Source: Eledone cirrhosa
Lineage: Eukaryota
Assembly (NCBI GenBank): GCA_964016885.1
Contig: OZ024741.1
Location: 205,344,001-205,408,000 of the forward strand
Reading direction: 5' to 3'
Length of the DNA stretch: 64,000 nucleotides
This document shows positions 43,506 through 55,800 of the stretch, piece after piece. Every line of letters starts with the position of its first letter. The stretch's first letter is position 1. The translations under genes were made by a program, and so were the position numbers. Under the pieces are notes generated by a model. The model did not search any database. It had not been told where the DNA came from and saw only the letters and a list, made by a program, of their open reading frames with translations.

Positions 43506-44114
43506 ATGAGCAACTCATCGTTACCGGAATTTTCTGGCGACGCTAAATTGTGGTTTGCCCAGTTGGATTCATATTTTGCCGCCAACGAGGTTCAAGCGGC
43601 ACAACAGAAACTACACGTGCTAGTTAGTGGAATTCCCGCTTCACTGGCAACCACGGTTAAGGACATCATTACAGATCCTCCAAAAGGCACCTCTTGCGAC
43701 TCCTTAAAAGCAGAAGTGATCCCTAGGAACAGTCGGTCGTCTGAAAGTAGATTTCGTTCGTTGTTAGATGAAAATTTGGGCGACAGAACTCATGAGATTT
43801 TACAGCATATCCGGGAACTTAGCCATTCAACCACCGAGGATAATTCCTTCGTAAAGAAGCTATTCTTCTCTCGTTTGCCAAACAATGTGCAGACCATATT
43901 GGCGAATATGGTCGACACCAGTTCCTTAGAACAGATTGCTGCCTCTGCGGACCGAATTATGGAATTTTCTAGAGAACCTACCTCGGCGGATTCGGTCGTC
44001 GCTTCTTCTGACTTTAAAAACCAGCCTGTCTCACCTCGTGAGGATGCCATGTTGAGAGCCATTGACGCGTTAACACGTCAAGTGGCTAAACTATGTCGGG
44101 ATCGAACGTCATGA
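43506..44114 (+). pseudogene. gag: Gypsy gag (N-terminal part)
   Basis: LPEF..DAKLWFAQLDSYF, VKDIITDPP, LGDRT and LFFSRLPNNVQTIL. Confidence 0.85.
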
Positions 44115-44375
44115 ACGTCATGAACGTCATGAACGGCGTTCATGAAGGCGGTCTTCTTCTTCTTCTTCTTCTTCTTCTTCTTCTTCTTCTAATTGGTTTA
44201 CAATGTAAGCCTACCTGAATTAAACACAAACAACTATAAGGTGGGAGAGAGAGAATATTATTTGATAGAGAATGAAGGAGAAATAATTTAAATAACACCT
44301 TTTAGTTGTAGAGTATGCCAGATCAGGTGACAGTTGGAATACCTTTGATCATAAATCTGTTCAGGACTAAATAAC

Positions 44376-44561
44376 TGTTTCTACTTTAGGCACAAGGCCA
44401 GCAATTACCAGTGCATTACTGGTACTTTATTTTATCGACCCCGTAAGGATGAAAGGCAAAGTCAACCTCGGCGGGATTTGAACTCAGATGGTAAAGGGAC
44501 GTAACTATGCTGGAAAGCATGGCGTCCGACCCTCTACCGATACTGCCAATCCACCGCCCTC
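44376..44561 (-). mobile_element. Full-length SINE family A with a 19 bp TSD
   Basis: TSD CTGTTCAGGACTAAATAAC at 44357-44375 and 44562-44580. Confidence 0.9.
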
Positions 44562-44737
44562 CTGTTCAGGACTAAATAACAGTAAAAATTTGTGATACTA
44601 GCCAATGAAGAAAGCTCTATCTGGATATTCCACCTTCTAGAAATAGCAGTCAAATCTCTCTGAAATCACACCCACTTCTCATCGTCGCGCCAACTCCCCC
44701 GCCAATAATTCATCTTTATGCTGGTACCACGAGCGTT

Positions 44738-45145
44738 TTGCTGAGACGCGAACCACTGTATACAGCCTTGTTCATTCGTGAAGTCGGGAAACGCCAGAGA
44801 GGTTCGCTGAGGGCGGCAGTTGACCTCAGCGTAAAGCCCCCAAACCGCCACTTCTTCATTAGTGACCTCCTGTCTGGAAGATCCTTCCTCGTGGATACAG
44901 GAGCCTCCTGTAGTATTTGGCCGGTCCATTGCATGAAGGATACCCCTGTTGAATCATCCATTACTCTGCAGGCCGTTAACCACTCGCCTATAAAGACGTA
45001 CGGACAAATCTCGCTTCTCCTCAAATTCCCAAATCTTCGTAGATTGACTGTAGATGTCCGAGGCCAACGTCTGGTGGATGACATCACCGGTTTCTTAATT
45101 CGCGGCCGAAAAGCCAGTGCTCCAACGATCAACCCAATATTCTAG
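44738..45145 (+). pseudogene. Gypsy aspartic protease (internally deleted)
   Basis: FFISDLLSGRSFLVDTGASCSI..LQAVNHSPIKTYG. The missing ILGADFL segment is on the minus strand at about 45520-45595. Confidence 0.85.
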
Positions 45146-46455
45146 ACACGAGAGATAATTTTCAGAAAAATATCGTGTTCAAAACGAAGGAGTCCAGTTT
45201 TAGCGTTTGTTCTTTTTTCGGGGTCACCAGTTTAGTGAATTGGTTTATTGGTTTAATCTTCTCCGGAAGATACCGCTGGTAACCAACCACTTGAGAAATA
45301 AAGATAAAGTAATCCGGGCATGCAAGATAGAGGTGATATGCTCTGTACATATAGTGTCAAGCGGGCACGGCAATCAGTGGAGGCTCCACTTCGACATTCT
45401 ATAGAGGGTTAGTACGTCACAAGGGCGACGATGTGCTCGGAGAGACTCTAGGCGTCGAAGACGACGAACTCACCAGTGATGTCATCCACCAGACGTTGGC
45501 CTCGGACATCTACAGTCAAGGAGAAATTGTGGAGGAAATCTGCTCCCAAGATTGGATATGGCAAGTCAGCGACCGTAAAAATCCATTTAAAATCTCTACG
45601 AAGATTTTGGAATTTGAGTTCCGAAGTAGTCGCAAGAGTATAGAGAGCTGCTCGTCAGAACGAGGCCGGCAGCGAATAAAAGCTTGAGAAACACAAGTCT
45701 CGTCTATTTATAAAACTCTAATTAATTCTCTTTTTTGACCCTAGAGATCGCTACAATTTTTTTTACAATTTGCTTGTTCGATGTTACCAGAGCTCCTTGG
45801 AAGCACTGCCAGGGACCTCTGGAAATTGTCCATAGGTTCCGGGCGGAAAGTATTACCAAACAGACTGGTGAGTTCGTCGTCTTCGACGCCTAGAGTCTCT
45901 CCGAGCACATCGTCGCCCTTGTGACGTACTAACCCTCTATAGAATGTCGAAGTGGAGCCTCCACTGATTGCCGTGCCCGCTTGACAGAGGACTGTGAGCG
46001 CCTGAGCGCATTCAATGTGCCAGGCTCCCATCTTCTTCGGTAGCGAGACAAGTTGCGGGAAGGCCTGTCTCACAAACGGTGCCCACACCGGTTGGGGGTC
46101 GGTGAGGAATACTGTAGATGCCGTAGCCGCTTGCGCATCATCAGCCACAGCATTCCCAGCCCTCCGTTGGAAGGGTGCTGACAGCAGACGGATCTCCTCA
46201 CCAATGGAGCCTGCTTCTTCCAAAGGAACTGGAAGAGCATGCGTTCCATCTTGGTGAGGTGTTCACAGGGACAAGGCACGACGGTCAAGCGGTAGTAGAT
46301 GACGGACGCTATGAAAGTGTTCGCCACCTCCGCTCGACCTTTCAAGGATAGTTTGCACTCTGTCCATTTCTGGGTGAGCACAAATACCTTGGCCGTGACC
46401 TTGTTCCATTTTTTTTCCACCTGGAGATCCGGACCGAACCCGACCCCGGGCAATT

Positions 46456-47622
46456 TCACCGGTCCGTCCGTCCAGCGTCCGACGACGCTGTCGGACGGCC
46501 TCGGTTTTCCTCTCCCCGTTCCGAGCTGCAAACCGACAGACGTGGGTGATCGGCAACTTGCTGCAGTCTTTCCGCAGTCCCCGGTTCCAAGGGAATGCCC
46601 TGCAACAGCTCCAGCTTCCGCAGTAGTGGCTCTAGAGTCAGTACGTACAGAATGGAGGAGAGAGGGCATCCCCGTCGGATGGAACGCGTGATTGCGAACG
46701 GCTCCGATAGGTAGCCATTCACCTTGACCATCGAGCAGATGTTGGTGTGCATTGTGGCGATCCAGCCTCTGAAGACGGGTCCGAAACAGGCCGCCTTGAG
46801 AACCGCTTCCAAGTATCGATGGTCGTCCCTATCGAACGCCTTAGACTGATCTAAATTGATCAGAGCCCCACCAAAGCCGCGTTTACACCCCACCCTCTCT
46901 ATGATGTATTGCATGAGGTGGAGGTTGTCGTGTATGGACCTGGTCCGGGTTGCACACGTTTGCGCTTTCCCTATCAGGTACTCAACGACAAGCGTCAACC
47001 TCGTTGCCAACACCTTGGCCAAAATCTTTAACTCTGTGTTGAGCAGAGTTATGGGCCTAAAGTTGCTTAGTTCATCCCCCTTGTTCTCGTCTTTCTTGAT
47101 CAGCGTTACTACGCCCCTGCCTGCAGAACTGGGAATTCTTCCGTTCTGCTGCCAGTTGCAGTAGACGGTCTCGAGGACGCCAGAGAACAAGTCCGGCATG
47201 CCTTTGTAAAACTCATAGGGTAGACGATCTAGACCGGGTGATTTGCGTTTCCCGCAGCGGCCCAGAGCGTCCCGTATCTCAGTGGCTGTGATCGGTCTTT
47301 CGCAGAACTCGGCGTCCATGCTCGAGAGACGCGGCAAGCCGTCGAGGTTTGAATCGAAGTCCATTACCCCGTTCGACGCAACGCCACTCTTCTCGAACAG
47401 TTGCGCAAAGTGCCGCTGAAAGGCCGCGCACATCCGCTTGGGGTCACTTAGCACGCGTCCGTTTTGGTCTTTCAAAGACCGAATCGTGGACTTGTTGCCA
47501 CTTTTCGCCTCTGCCACTCGGGCCCAGCTAACAGCTTTCGCTCCCTCGTTTCTTAGAGCATGTGATTTACTTCTGACCACGCAGCCTTCGTGTTTCGCGT
47601 CGAAGAACTGGTCCAGTGCCAC
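46456..47622 (-). pseudogene. Tx1 ORF2 reverse transcriptase (frameshifted, YADD region deleted)
   Basis: KSPGLD.LPYEFY, NFRPITLLNTELKILAK, LDQSKAFDR and IRRGCPLS. Confidence 0.9.
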
Positions 47623-47654
47623 TCCTAAGCGCCTCTTCTACCTTGGCTACTAGT

Positions 47655-48583
47655 TCAATTTCTGTTGTTTCTCTCTAAGGTTAACTCTCTGCTAAAGTCT
47701 ATCGACTCTACTCTAATTGCTTTCTTGAGGGAGTACCACCATCTGTTGTTGCCGATGGCTCCCGTCAATTGTTGCTTAACTAATCTACTTATCCGTTCAC
47801 TGTAGGCTTTACGTGTCGGTAGCGACACGTTCAGCTTCCAGTATCCGGGTCGTTGTCTATGTATTCTATCACGGTTGACTATGCAGATGACTAGTTTGTG
47901 ATCTGAATAGGCAACCATGTGCATTTGTGGACAGCTTAACGTCTTGTGCTTCTCTCTAATGAAAAACCTATCTAAATACGATCTAGATGTCCCGCTGCGG
48001 TTTGCCCACGTCCACTGTGGTACAGTCGGGAAATCTAGTCGATATCTATCGGCCAGTTGGAATTGGCCGATTAGATTTTTGAGGCTGTTGCACCCCCCTC
48101 TACTGGGACATGCTCCCACATAGTCCCATCGTGCATCTAGGATATCATTCCAGTCCCCCACTAAAAGTAAGGGGCGAGACGTTCCCAGAAAAGACTCTAG
48201 ACGCTTAAAGAAGTCTGGCCGCGATTGCGATTGCCCGGTCGGGGCATTCACGGCCACCAGTCTGAAGGCTCCACCTCCAATACTGGTCACGTCTAGGACT
48301 ACAAGTCTACCCTCCGGGTCCAAGTGTACTTGCTGTACTTCGATGTCCAGGTTTTTCCGAAACATGACAGCCACTCCCCCCCCCCACCTCCTGGCTGACA
48401 GAGAGATGCGTAGATCTCAAAGTCATTGAAGATGGGGGTTAGTTGCTGCCTGTTGTGGGTCCTGGACTCGGTGATAGCTATCACATCCATACCGTGTGAC
48501 CTAAGGTCGTTTAAAAGTTGGCCCTGTTTCCAGGGCATCCCTAGGCCACGCACATTCACGCTTCCAACTCGTAAACTAGCCAT
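47655..48583 (-). pseudogene. Tx1 ORF2 APE endonuclease (frameshift in a G run near 48375-48387)
   Basis: MASLRVGSVNVRGL, DVIAITES, LLVGDWN, SYLDRFF and SDHKLV. Confidence 0.9.
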
Positions 48584-49101
48584 GTTGGTGAAGAAGAGTT
48601 GGAGATAAAGGACGAAATGGTGCACTTACCTTTTCGTTTCCTGGAGATAGGGTTGTTCAATCTCCATTTGGGTGCTGGAGGGGGTGTTGGGTGGGGTGGG
48701 GAAACATTTTGCCCACGTCCTGCGAAAATTTATTCTTCAGGTTACTATAGGTCTCCATAGAAACCCTTATAAGTTTAAGGTGTGGAGACGATTCTACTTT
48801 AACGAAAGTTTTGCCCTCCGTCTCCACCTTGGGGTTTTGGGAGATAACCTCCATCAAACTCTTGTTTTTTTGTATTTTTGTTGTGTTGTTTTAGTTTGCT
48901 GTTCGTCCGGAAGTTTTCTTTTTATGGTGGGTGCTTGTGTTTGGGGTGGTGTTGGTGTTGGTTTTGCTGGTAGGGGGAAGTTTGACTGTGGTGTTGTTTG
49001 TGTCTGTGGTTGTGTGTTGGTGTTGGTGATTGGAGTTTTGTGGGTTTTGTGGTGTCTCTTTTTTTGTTTTTTGGATTTGAGAGGCTCTCCTTCTTTTTCA
49101 C

Positions 49102-49839
49102 TTAAAGAAGGAGAAGCAGCCTCATCTGTTTATGAATAATCATCGTCAGGAATGTGGGGTAGGGGTATGTTGTGTGGTGGTGGTGTTTCGGTGTGTGTTT
49201 GTGGTAGTGTTTGATGAAGTGGGATGGGGTGGGGCTGTGTTCTTCTGGGGTGTTGTTTGTGTTTTTTTCTGTTGTTGTTGGTTGAGTGGCTGTTTGTTTC
49301 GTATGTTGTTGTGGTGGTGGTGGTTGTTTTGGTGTTGGTGTTGGTAACAGTATTTTCTTTTGGATCGTTTTATTTGAGCGTGTTTGTAAAGGACAGGAGG
49401 CCTTTAGATGTGTGGTGCTATTACAACGAAAGCAATGTGGTTTTCGTCCCTCAACCGAAATGTTAATGTAGTTGTTGTTGTCGACTAGGACCTTTTCGGG
49501 TATTTTGGAGATTCTCTCCGGCCTCATCTGCACCAGAATCTCCAAATTGGTACCCGCCCACCTTTGTCTGGTCGACTTCCTGACCGAAAGAATTACATCA
49601 TTTTCTGGCTCCACGAACCCCGCCAAAATCCATCAGATGTTGATGTTTGGTGGTATACTATTTATTTTTATTTTTTGTGTTCTTTTTCCCATGTAAGTAG
49701 GGAAAAAGGTATGTATTATCGAAATGATTAGCAGCACAGAATGCTTCTGTGCGAGGGCCTCGCTTTTAAAAAGTACCGAAATACTTCCATAAAGTCTGCC
49801 CCTTTGCAGAAAATCGATGTTTTCCAAACGATCCTTCAA
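49102..49839 (-). pseudogene. Tx1 ORF1 (gag-like, zinc knuckle), frameshifted
   Basis: VEGRKPHCFRCNSTTHLKASCP followed by a low-complexity P/T/Q tail. Confidence 0.8.
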
Positions 49840-50149
49840 GGTGGCTTCAATTTCCCATTGACTAAGGAAAACTGGTTTTCTTGTATTATTCGAGACAGTT
49901 CTGAAGGCTACCGTCCCGTTTCGTGTTTAATTTCCAAGGATGAGTTTATTTGAAACCCACCCTTTTCTTCAAATGTTATAAATTGTCTCGCATCAGACAA
50001 CATCTGTTTTGAATTGCTGATGTCCAACTCTTTATATTCCGTTTTTTTTTTATTACAGTCTGTGCGAATGTTGTTTTTTCAGTTTTGTTTTGTTGCTTTT
50101 TTCGTGTGTAGTTGTTCTTTATTAGGTAGAAATATAGATAGATCATCAA

Positions 50150-51160
50150 TATCACCATCATGTCGATTTTCTTCAGACTATGTTGATAATTATACTTCTC
50201 AACTTGTCCTTATCCAGCGTGGCTTCCACGAGTCCATTTTTTCTAAGATTCATGTCTTTACAAACCTGCTCGAGAAATGTAGCATGAGGCCAACCTCTTG
50301 TTCTTCTACCATGTGTAGGTTCTCATATCAGTAACTGGTGTAATGCCTCTACCTGATCCCTTCGCCATACATGACCTATGAGACCGAGTCTTCTAGCCTA
50401 TATGACATATGTAATCCGTCTCAGGTTACTGTATAGAGACTTGTTTGTCCTTTGCTCCCTGCAAGATATATTTTGTGCTTTCCTCAATAGTCTTGTATAG
50501 TCTTGTATACGTGCCATCTAACTGACTTTCCATATCTTTTGTGAGTGTCCAATACTCTGCTCAAACAAAAGCACATTTTCAACTGTTGATCGAAAGAACT
50601 TAACCTTTAGTTTGGTGTTCAAGTTTGATTCCAAATGACATTCATTTTGTTTGCAGCTGTCCAGGCTAAGTTAATTCTAGTGCGCATGTCTTTTTCTGAA
50701 TAAAATACCCGAAATCCTCAACTCTTTTTAGGTAATTTCCTCTTTATGGTTATATGCAATATATTCCATCTTTTTCTCATCTATGTGAAGTCCAATTGTT
50801 TCAGCAGCCCATTCCACCCTCTGTAACAACAGCTGTGCTATTACACAGGTGTCTGATAAGAGTGTGATATCATCTGCAAAATCGGCATCCGTTATTGTTA
50901 TTTCAGGTTGTCTAGTGCTACGTTGAGGATGTAGTGTGAATCCTGTTTGATGAGGATGATATGTAGCATTGTCCAGTGTTAATATGAAGAGGAACGGAGC
51001 TAGTATATCTCCCTGGAGAACACCCGTATTCGGTTTGAAGAAGTCCGTTTCACTATCAGGGGACAGTTCTTTTGCTTCTGTGCCATTGTCGAGAGCATCT
51101 ACTGCTATCACGTTTTGCAACGGAATTCCATGCACTTCCATTATTTGTTTGAGTTAATGG
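50150..51160 (-). mobile_element. Degraded RTE LINE RT fragment
   Basis: GVLQGDILAPFLFIL, DADFADDITLLS and IGLHIDEKK.EY. Confidence 0.85.
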
Positions 51161-52062
51161 CTCTTATAGTTCTCGGATTTATTGACTCTATGTTACAGAT
51201 AGCTTTAAGGACAGAGTAAGCCCAACACCTCTTATTTTTGTGTTGTTATTTGCTTTTTCAGCAGATGACGTGATAAGCATCTAACCTTTTCCTATGTTAA
51301 TAGGGTGAATGTTGGTTCCATCGTGATATATCCTTTAATTTCTTGCTTTTCTGCGTTTGATGTTAATTCAGTCATTTTCATTTCGGAATTTAGAGTATTG
51401 ACATTGAAGGTGGAAACTTTCTGGTTTTACATTTAATAAAGTCGGTCTGTTTTGGTTTTCTAGTAACAGACATTTCAATCACTACAGCTTTGTCTTCCAC
51501 TGTGTCGCGTTCCATTTTCACCCATGCAACGAGCGATGTGGCATGAGGCTTCATTTTGTGTGGTATTTATCATCGTTGTCTTTCTGTTTGTCACAGTAAC
51601 GTTGTCATTGTAGTCGACCGTGTCTCAGACCTGTCAACTCTCTTCTTGTGAAAATGGGTAAAGCTTTCATTATGTAAAATCTCCTCATTTTGCCTCATTT
51701 CTCCTCGTTTTGAGGGCACTTTTTTTCATGGTACACCCCGTTTGGATTTTTAGAGGTTGGCAGGTATGGTGTCTGTCTTCTGCCACCGATATCTGTGAAT
51801 ATGTCAATAACCGCCACATTTACTTCTAGTGCCCTGCTCCCAACACTGATTTAAAGGTTTACTCCTATGAGATACCATGACTCTGGTGGGAGTGGCTAGC
51901 GGGTATCAAGCCTTGCCGGCACTGCTTATTCTGTATATTTGCAGTTAACTTCTATATCTAGAGGCGGTTCCCTTATCCACAACCTGGGGAGCGGTTGGAG
52001 AGTAATATATCAGAGTTATAAAATAAAATAATGATGTATAATAAAATGATAATATAATATAA

Positions 52063-52403
52063 TAATGGTTTCTGATTTAGGCACAAGGCCAACAATTTGG
52101 GGGAGGTGAAAGTCAATTAAATCGACCCCAGTACGTTACTGGTGCTTTATGTTATCGACCCTGTGAGGATGAAAGGCAAAGCTAGCCTCGACGAGACTTA
52201 AAATCAGTACGAGTCTCGCCGAGATTAGCTTTGTATAATAATTGTTTCTACTTTTGGCACAAGGCCAGCAATTACCCAGTGTATTACTGGTACTTTATTT
52301 TATCGACCCGTAAGGATGAAAGGCAAAGTTAACCTCGGCGGGATTTGAACTCAGAATGGCAAGGGCCGTAACTCTATGCGTCAAAGCATGGCGTCCGACC
52401 CTC
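52063..52403 (-). mobile_element. Two SINE family A copies, with a small fold-back at 52178-52232
   Basis: Reverse complement of the family A core. Confidence 0.82.
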
Positions 52404-52523
52404 AATAATAAAACGCTAAAAGTATAAAAGTTCAAAAGCTAAAAAAATAAAATATTTCATTTACAATTTCACACACACACATAAATATGTACATGCTAAT
52501 GGATGACTGTTGACTCGCATTAT

Positions 52524-52682
52524 GTCTGGTCGCTTCCGAGCGGTACTGGTAACACGTAGCCCAGTATAATCTGTTGTATGGGCGGGTCGTCGGCGACTAA
52601 ACCAGCAACCCCATCTAGCTTGCTTGGTGAGGAGGGTGGTTATTGAACATCCTGCGGGACGAAAAGCAATACCCGGGTGGAA
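52524..52682 (+). mobile_element. Diverged RTE 5' end, homologous to 1041-1195
   Basis: GGTCG..GGCGACTAAAC..GCAACCCC...GGTGAGGAGGGTG. Confidence 0.7.
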
Positions 52683-52734
52683 GATAGATAGATAAATGAA
52701 TAGATACATAGCTGGATGAACAGATCGATAGATA

Positions 52735-53966
52735 TATATATATAATTCTTGTCTGTCTGTTCCTATGCATTATCAAACGGCTCGACCAAATCAAATTAAA
52801 TTTTACCAGGTAATAGTATTAGACCTCGGGAGTGTCAACATGTAATTTTTATTTTCATTTGGCTTAAAACAATATAACATTTTGTCTAAAACAATATTTC
52901 TATAGTCAACTATAGTAAACCACTACCACAACGACGTCACATCTTGTATATGAGTGTGTATGTGTCTGGGAGTGTGTGTGTTTGCAAGTTCGTTACGTAC
53001 ATTAGGCCTCAGATAATTAAACATACACACATATCTACACATACATATAAATATGTGTTGACAGACAAGTAATAGGTGTGCGTGAATATATGTCTGTGTG
53101 TGTCTGTCTTAGTATATGTATGTGAGAGTGTATGTATGTGTGAGTGTATGTGTGTGAGTGTATGTGTGATAATTTTTATTTTAACGTTAGGTCTCAGAGA
53201 ATTAACCCCACCCCCACCCCACCCCACACACACATCTACACATACATATAGCCTTAGTAAGTTGCATACACATTATCTTCACACACAGACAATTAACACA
53301 CACACACATCTACTCATACAGATACATATGTGGTGACTGACAAGTAATAGGTGTGCGTGAATGTAGTTCTGTGTGTGTCTGTCTTAGTATATGTATGTGA
53401 GTGTATGTGAAAGTGTATGAGTGTATGTGTGTGTGAGTGTTTGTGTGATAACTTTTATTTTCATTTGGATTAAAACAATAGAAAAGAACACAATGACGTC
53501 ACATTTTGTATATGTGTATGTGTCTGTGACTGTGTATGTGCGCGTTCATTTGATGCATTATTAAATACACACACACATCTTCACATACATATACATATGT
53601 GGCGACTGACAAAAGAAATGAAGTGAAAAGCTATGCATTTGTCTGCGTGAATGTATGTCTGTGTGTGTCTTGTCTTAGTATATGTATGTGAGTGTATGTG
53701 AGAGTGTGTGAGTGTGTAGCAACAATTTATTCATTTGGACACCAACAAAAAATTACACAACGAATATTGTTTACCCTAAGATGCTGCAAGATTGACAGAT
53801 TTTCATTTTTAAATTCTATTATCATTGCAATTTTGAGATTTAAAAAAAATAAAATATAGATATTTTGAAATAATTATTAGAAAAAAAAAACATATCTTCA
53901 TATTTATTGTTTACTAACCTGAATAAGAACAACAGTAACCCGGGCAACGCCGGGTAATTCAGCTAG
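52735..53966 (+). mobile_element. Non-autonomous Helitron-like element with internal ~270-290 bp tandem repeats
   Basis: 3' hairpin ACCCGG-GCAACG-CCGGGT followed 7 nt later by CTAG|T. There are three internal GTCTTAGTATATGTATGTGAG units. Confidence 0.7.
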
Positions 53967-54769
53967 TATATATATAAAATAGTAAAAAAGAAAAAAAAAA
54001 CAGTAGCAAATGTAGAAAATAACATGAAAACATTTATTTACGAAACAGGAATTTCCGCATTATTTGTACCGATTTCAGCTTATACGCTTTTAAATTGCAT
54101 TATACACTCCCGTCGTGTGAAAAAGCGTATAAGCTGAAACCGGTACAAATAATGCGGAAATCCCTATTTCGTAAATAAATGTTTTGATGTTATTCTGAGA
54201 GAAAATCCCTTTAGCATTTTCCTCGTTTTTTTTCTTTTTTACTATTTTTTAAATAGTTAGATAGATAGAAAGAAGGACAGATATTTAGATTGAAAGAGAG
54301 AGCGTGAGTGAGGGGGAGATAAATATATAGAAGAACATCAAGGGAAATATTTCATAAGTAAAAGAATTGTCACTAGGGGAGGGACGTCAACGGTTAAATA
54401 TTCTAAACAATATCCAGTAGGCGAGATAACTCAGGGAACAACTTCAGTTGCTGGCCTCATTCCTAGTATGTGTAGTGGTACGAATAGTTTGATATCAGAC
54501 TGCCACTTTCTCCTCAAAAATTTAAACTATTCCATTTTGAAGTTTTGAAAGAGTTAGAGAAGACAATAAACTTTGGAGAGGGCCTCAAAGCACATTCCGC
54601 AAGGGAAGATTTATATGACCTTGACAGCACTTGCCTGGTCTTTTGCTGGAACCGATGAGAGTTTTTAGCAAACCACAATTGGTGTAAATGTGCAAAATTG
54701 GTCAAAACTTACCCCCCGAGTGATCCAGCGTGTGTCACCACTACGCAGCGATTTATTGTCATTATTATC

Positions 54770-55800
54770 ATTATGGTAGGGCATCCTGCTCGAACTGGGA
54801 TTCAGAAAGGCTGTGTTGGCTTATGCAGATGACATCACCGTGATGGTGTCGGACACCTCGGAAAGCGAGGTGGTCGGCACCTTATTGGAGGAACATGAAA
54901 GGTTGACGGGAGCGAAACTTAACCTGGAAAAGTCGGTGGGCTTGCAGCTCAGCACCTAGAGAGGAAAGTCCATGCCATCCAACAGTGTCGTGGGGCTCTG
55001 GACGGACGGACCGGTAAAGTTGCTCAGGGTTTGGTTTGGACCAGACCTCCAGGTGGATAAGACTCGGGACGAGGTGACGAGCAGGGTAGCCAGTCTCATT
55101 CATAAATGGGCAATGAGGAAGCTATCACTGATTGTGCCTTGCTCCCATCTATGCCCTGCCAAGTTGGAATGGCTCCTCTTCACATTCTTGTGGAGGGACA
55201 GGTTCCGTTGGTGCGGCGGTCCATCTGCTGCCAGCACCCTCTACGCGGAGGGCTGGGCATGCCATGACTAATGAGGCGCAGACATGCACTGGGGCTGCGG
55301 CATCTCCAGATATTCTGCCTAAGCGGTGAACAGGTGTGGTCGCCGTTAGTTAGACGGGCTTTTCCGCAGCTCGTCTCGTTGACTGAGCTGCAGTCCTGGG
55401 TCAAGAAGAGACTGAGACTGGGTGACTAGCATCTGGAATATTGCCAAGCACTCACTGCCCTCTACTAGGCAAGCAATGAGGTCAGTGGAACTTCCTTTCT
55501 TGAGTTCTATAGAGAATTAGTGGTGGGCAAGTGCGACGACGCACTCGGAGAGGCTAAGAACGTTGACGAAATCAAACTGACCAGTCTGTTCCGGGGGACT
55601 TTCAAGCCAGGGATGATGGATAACTTCCAATAATCCCTCACCTAACAGTGCTACCGGGAGACACTGCCAGTTCGAGATAAACTCTACAAGCATGGAAGTG
55701 CTGTCAGACAGACCTGCCCGAGATGCATGCAGAACGGTTTCGTCACTCTGCATGCATCTCGGGCAGGTCTGTGCATTACTAACTTGTGGAGTTATGTCGA
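54770..55800 (+). mobile_element. Degraded Tx1/L1 ORF2 fragment (second family)
   Basis: AYADDITV, GAKLNLEKS, PVKLLRVWFG and TCPRC, with multiple stops. Confidence 0.85.

Larger units (their letters stand above)
42986..45744. mobile_element. Ty3/gypsy-derived rearranged element bounded by inverted LTR+PBS+leader copies
   Basis: 42986-43343 is inverted relative to 45144-45744 (the right arm has inserts). The interior holds gag and protease. Confidence 0.85.
42221..50140 (-). mobile_element. Near-full-length degraded Tx1/L1-clade LINE, interrupted in zf-RVT by a gypsy-derived fold-back
   Basis: In order on the minus strand: ORF1 with a CCHC knuckle, APE, RT, zf-RVT (split at about 45786/42985), 3' UTR, AATAAA and a (TATC)n tail. 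Confidence 0.88.

Noticed and set aside
52900-53720. CRISPR-like array
   Set aside because: The context is eukaryotic and these are long degenerate tandem units inside a Helitron-like element, without unique spacers.
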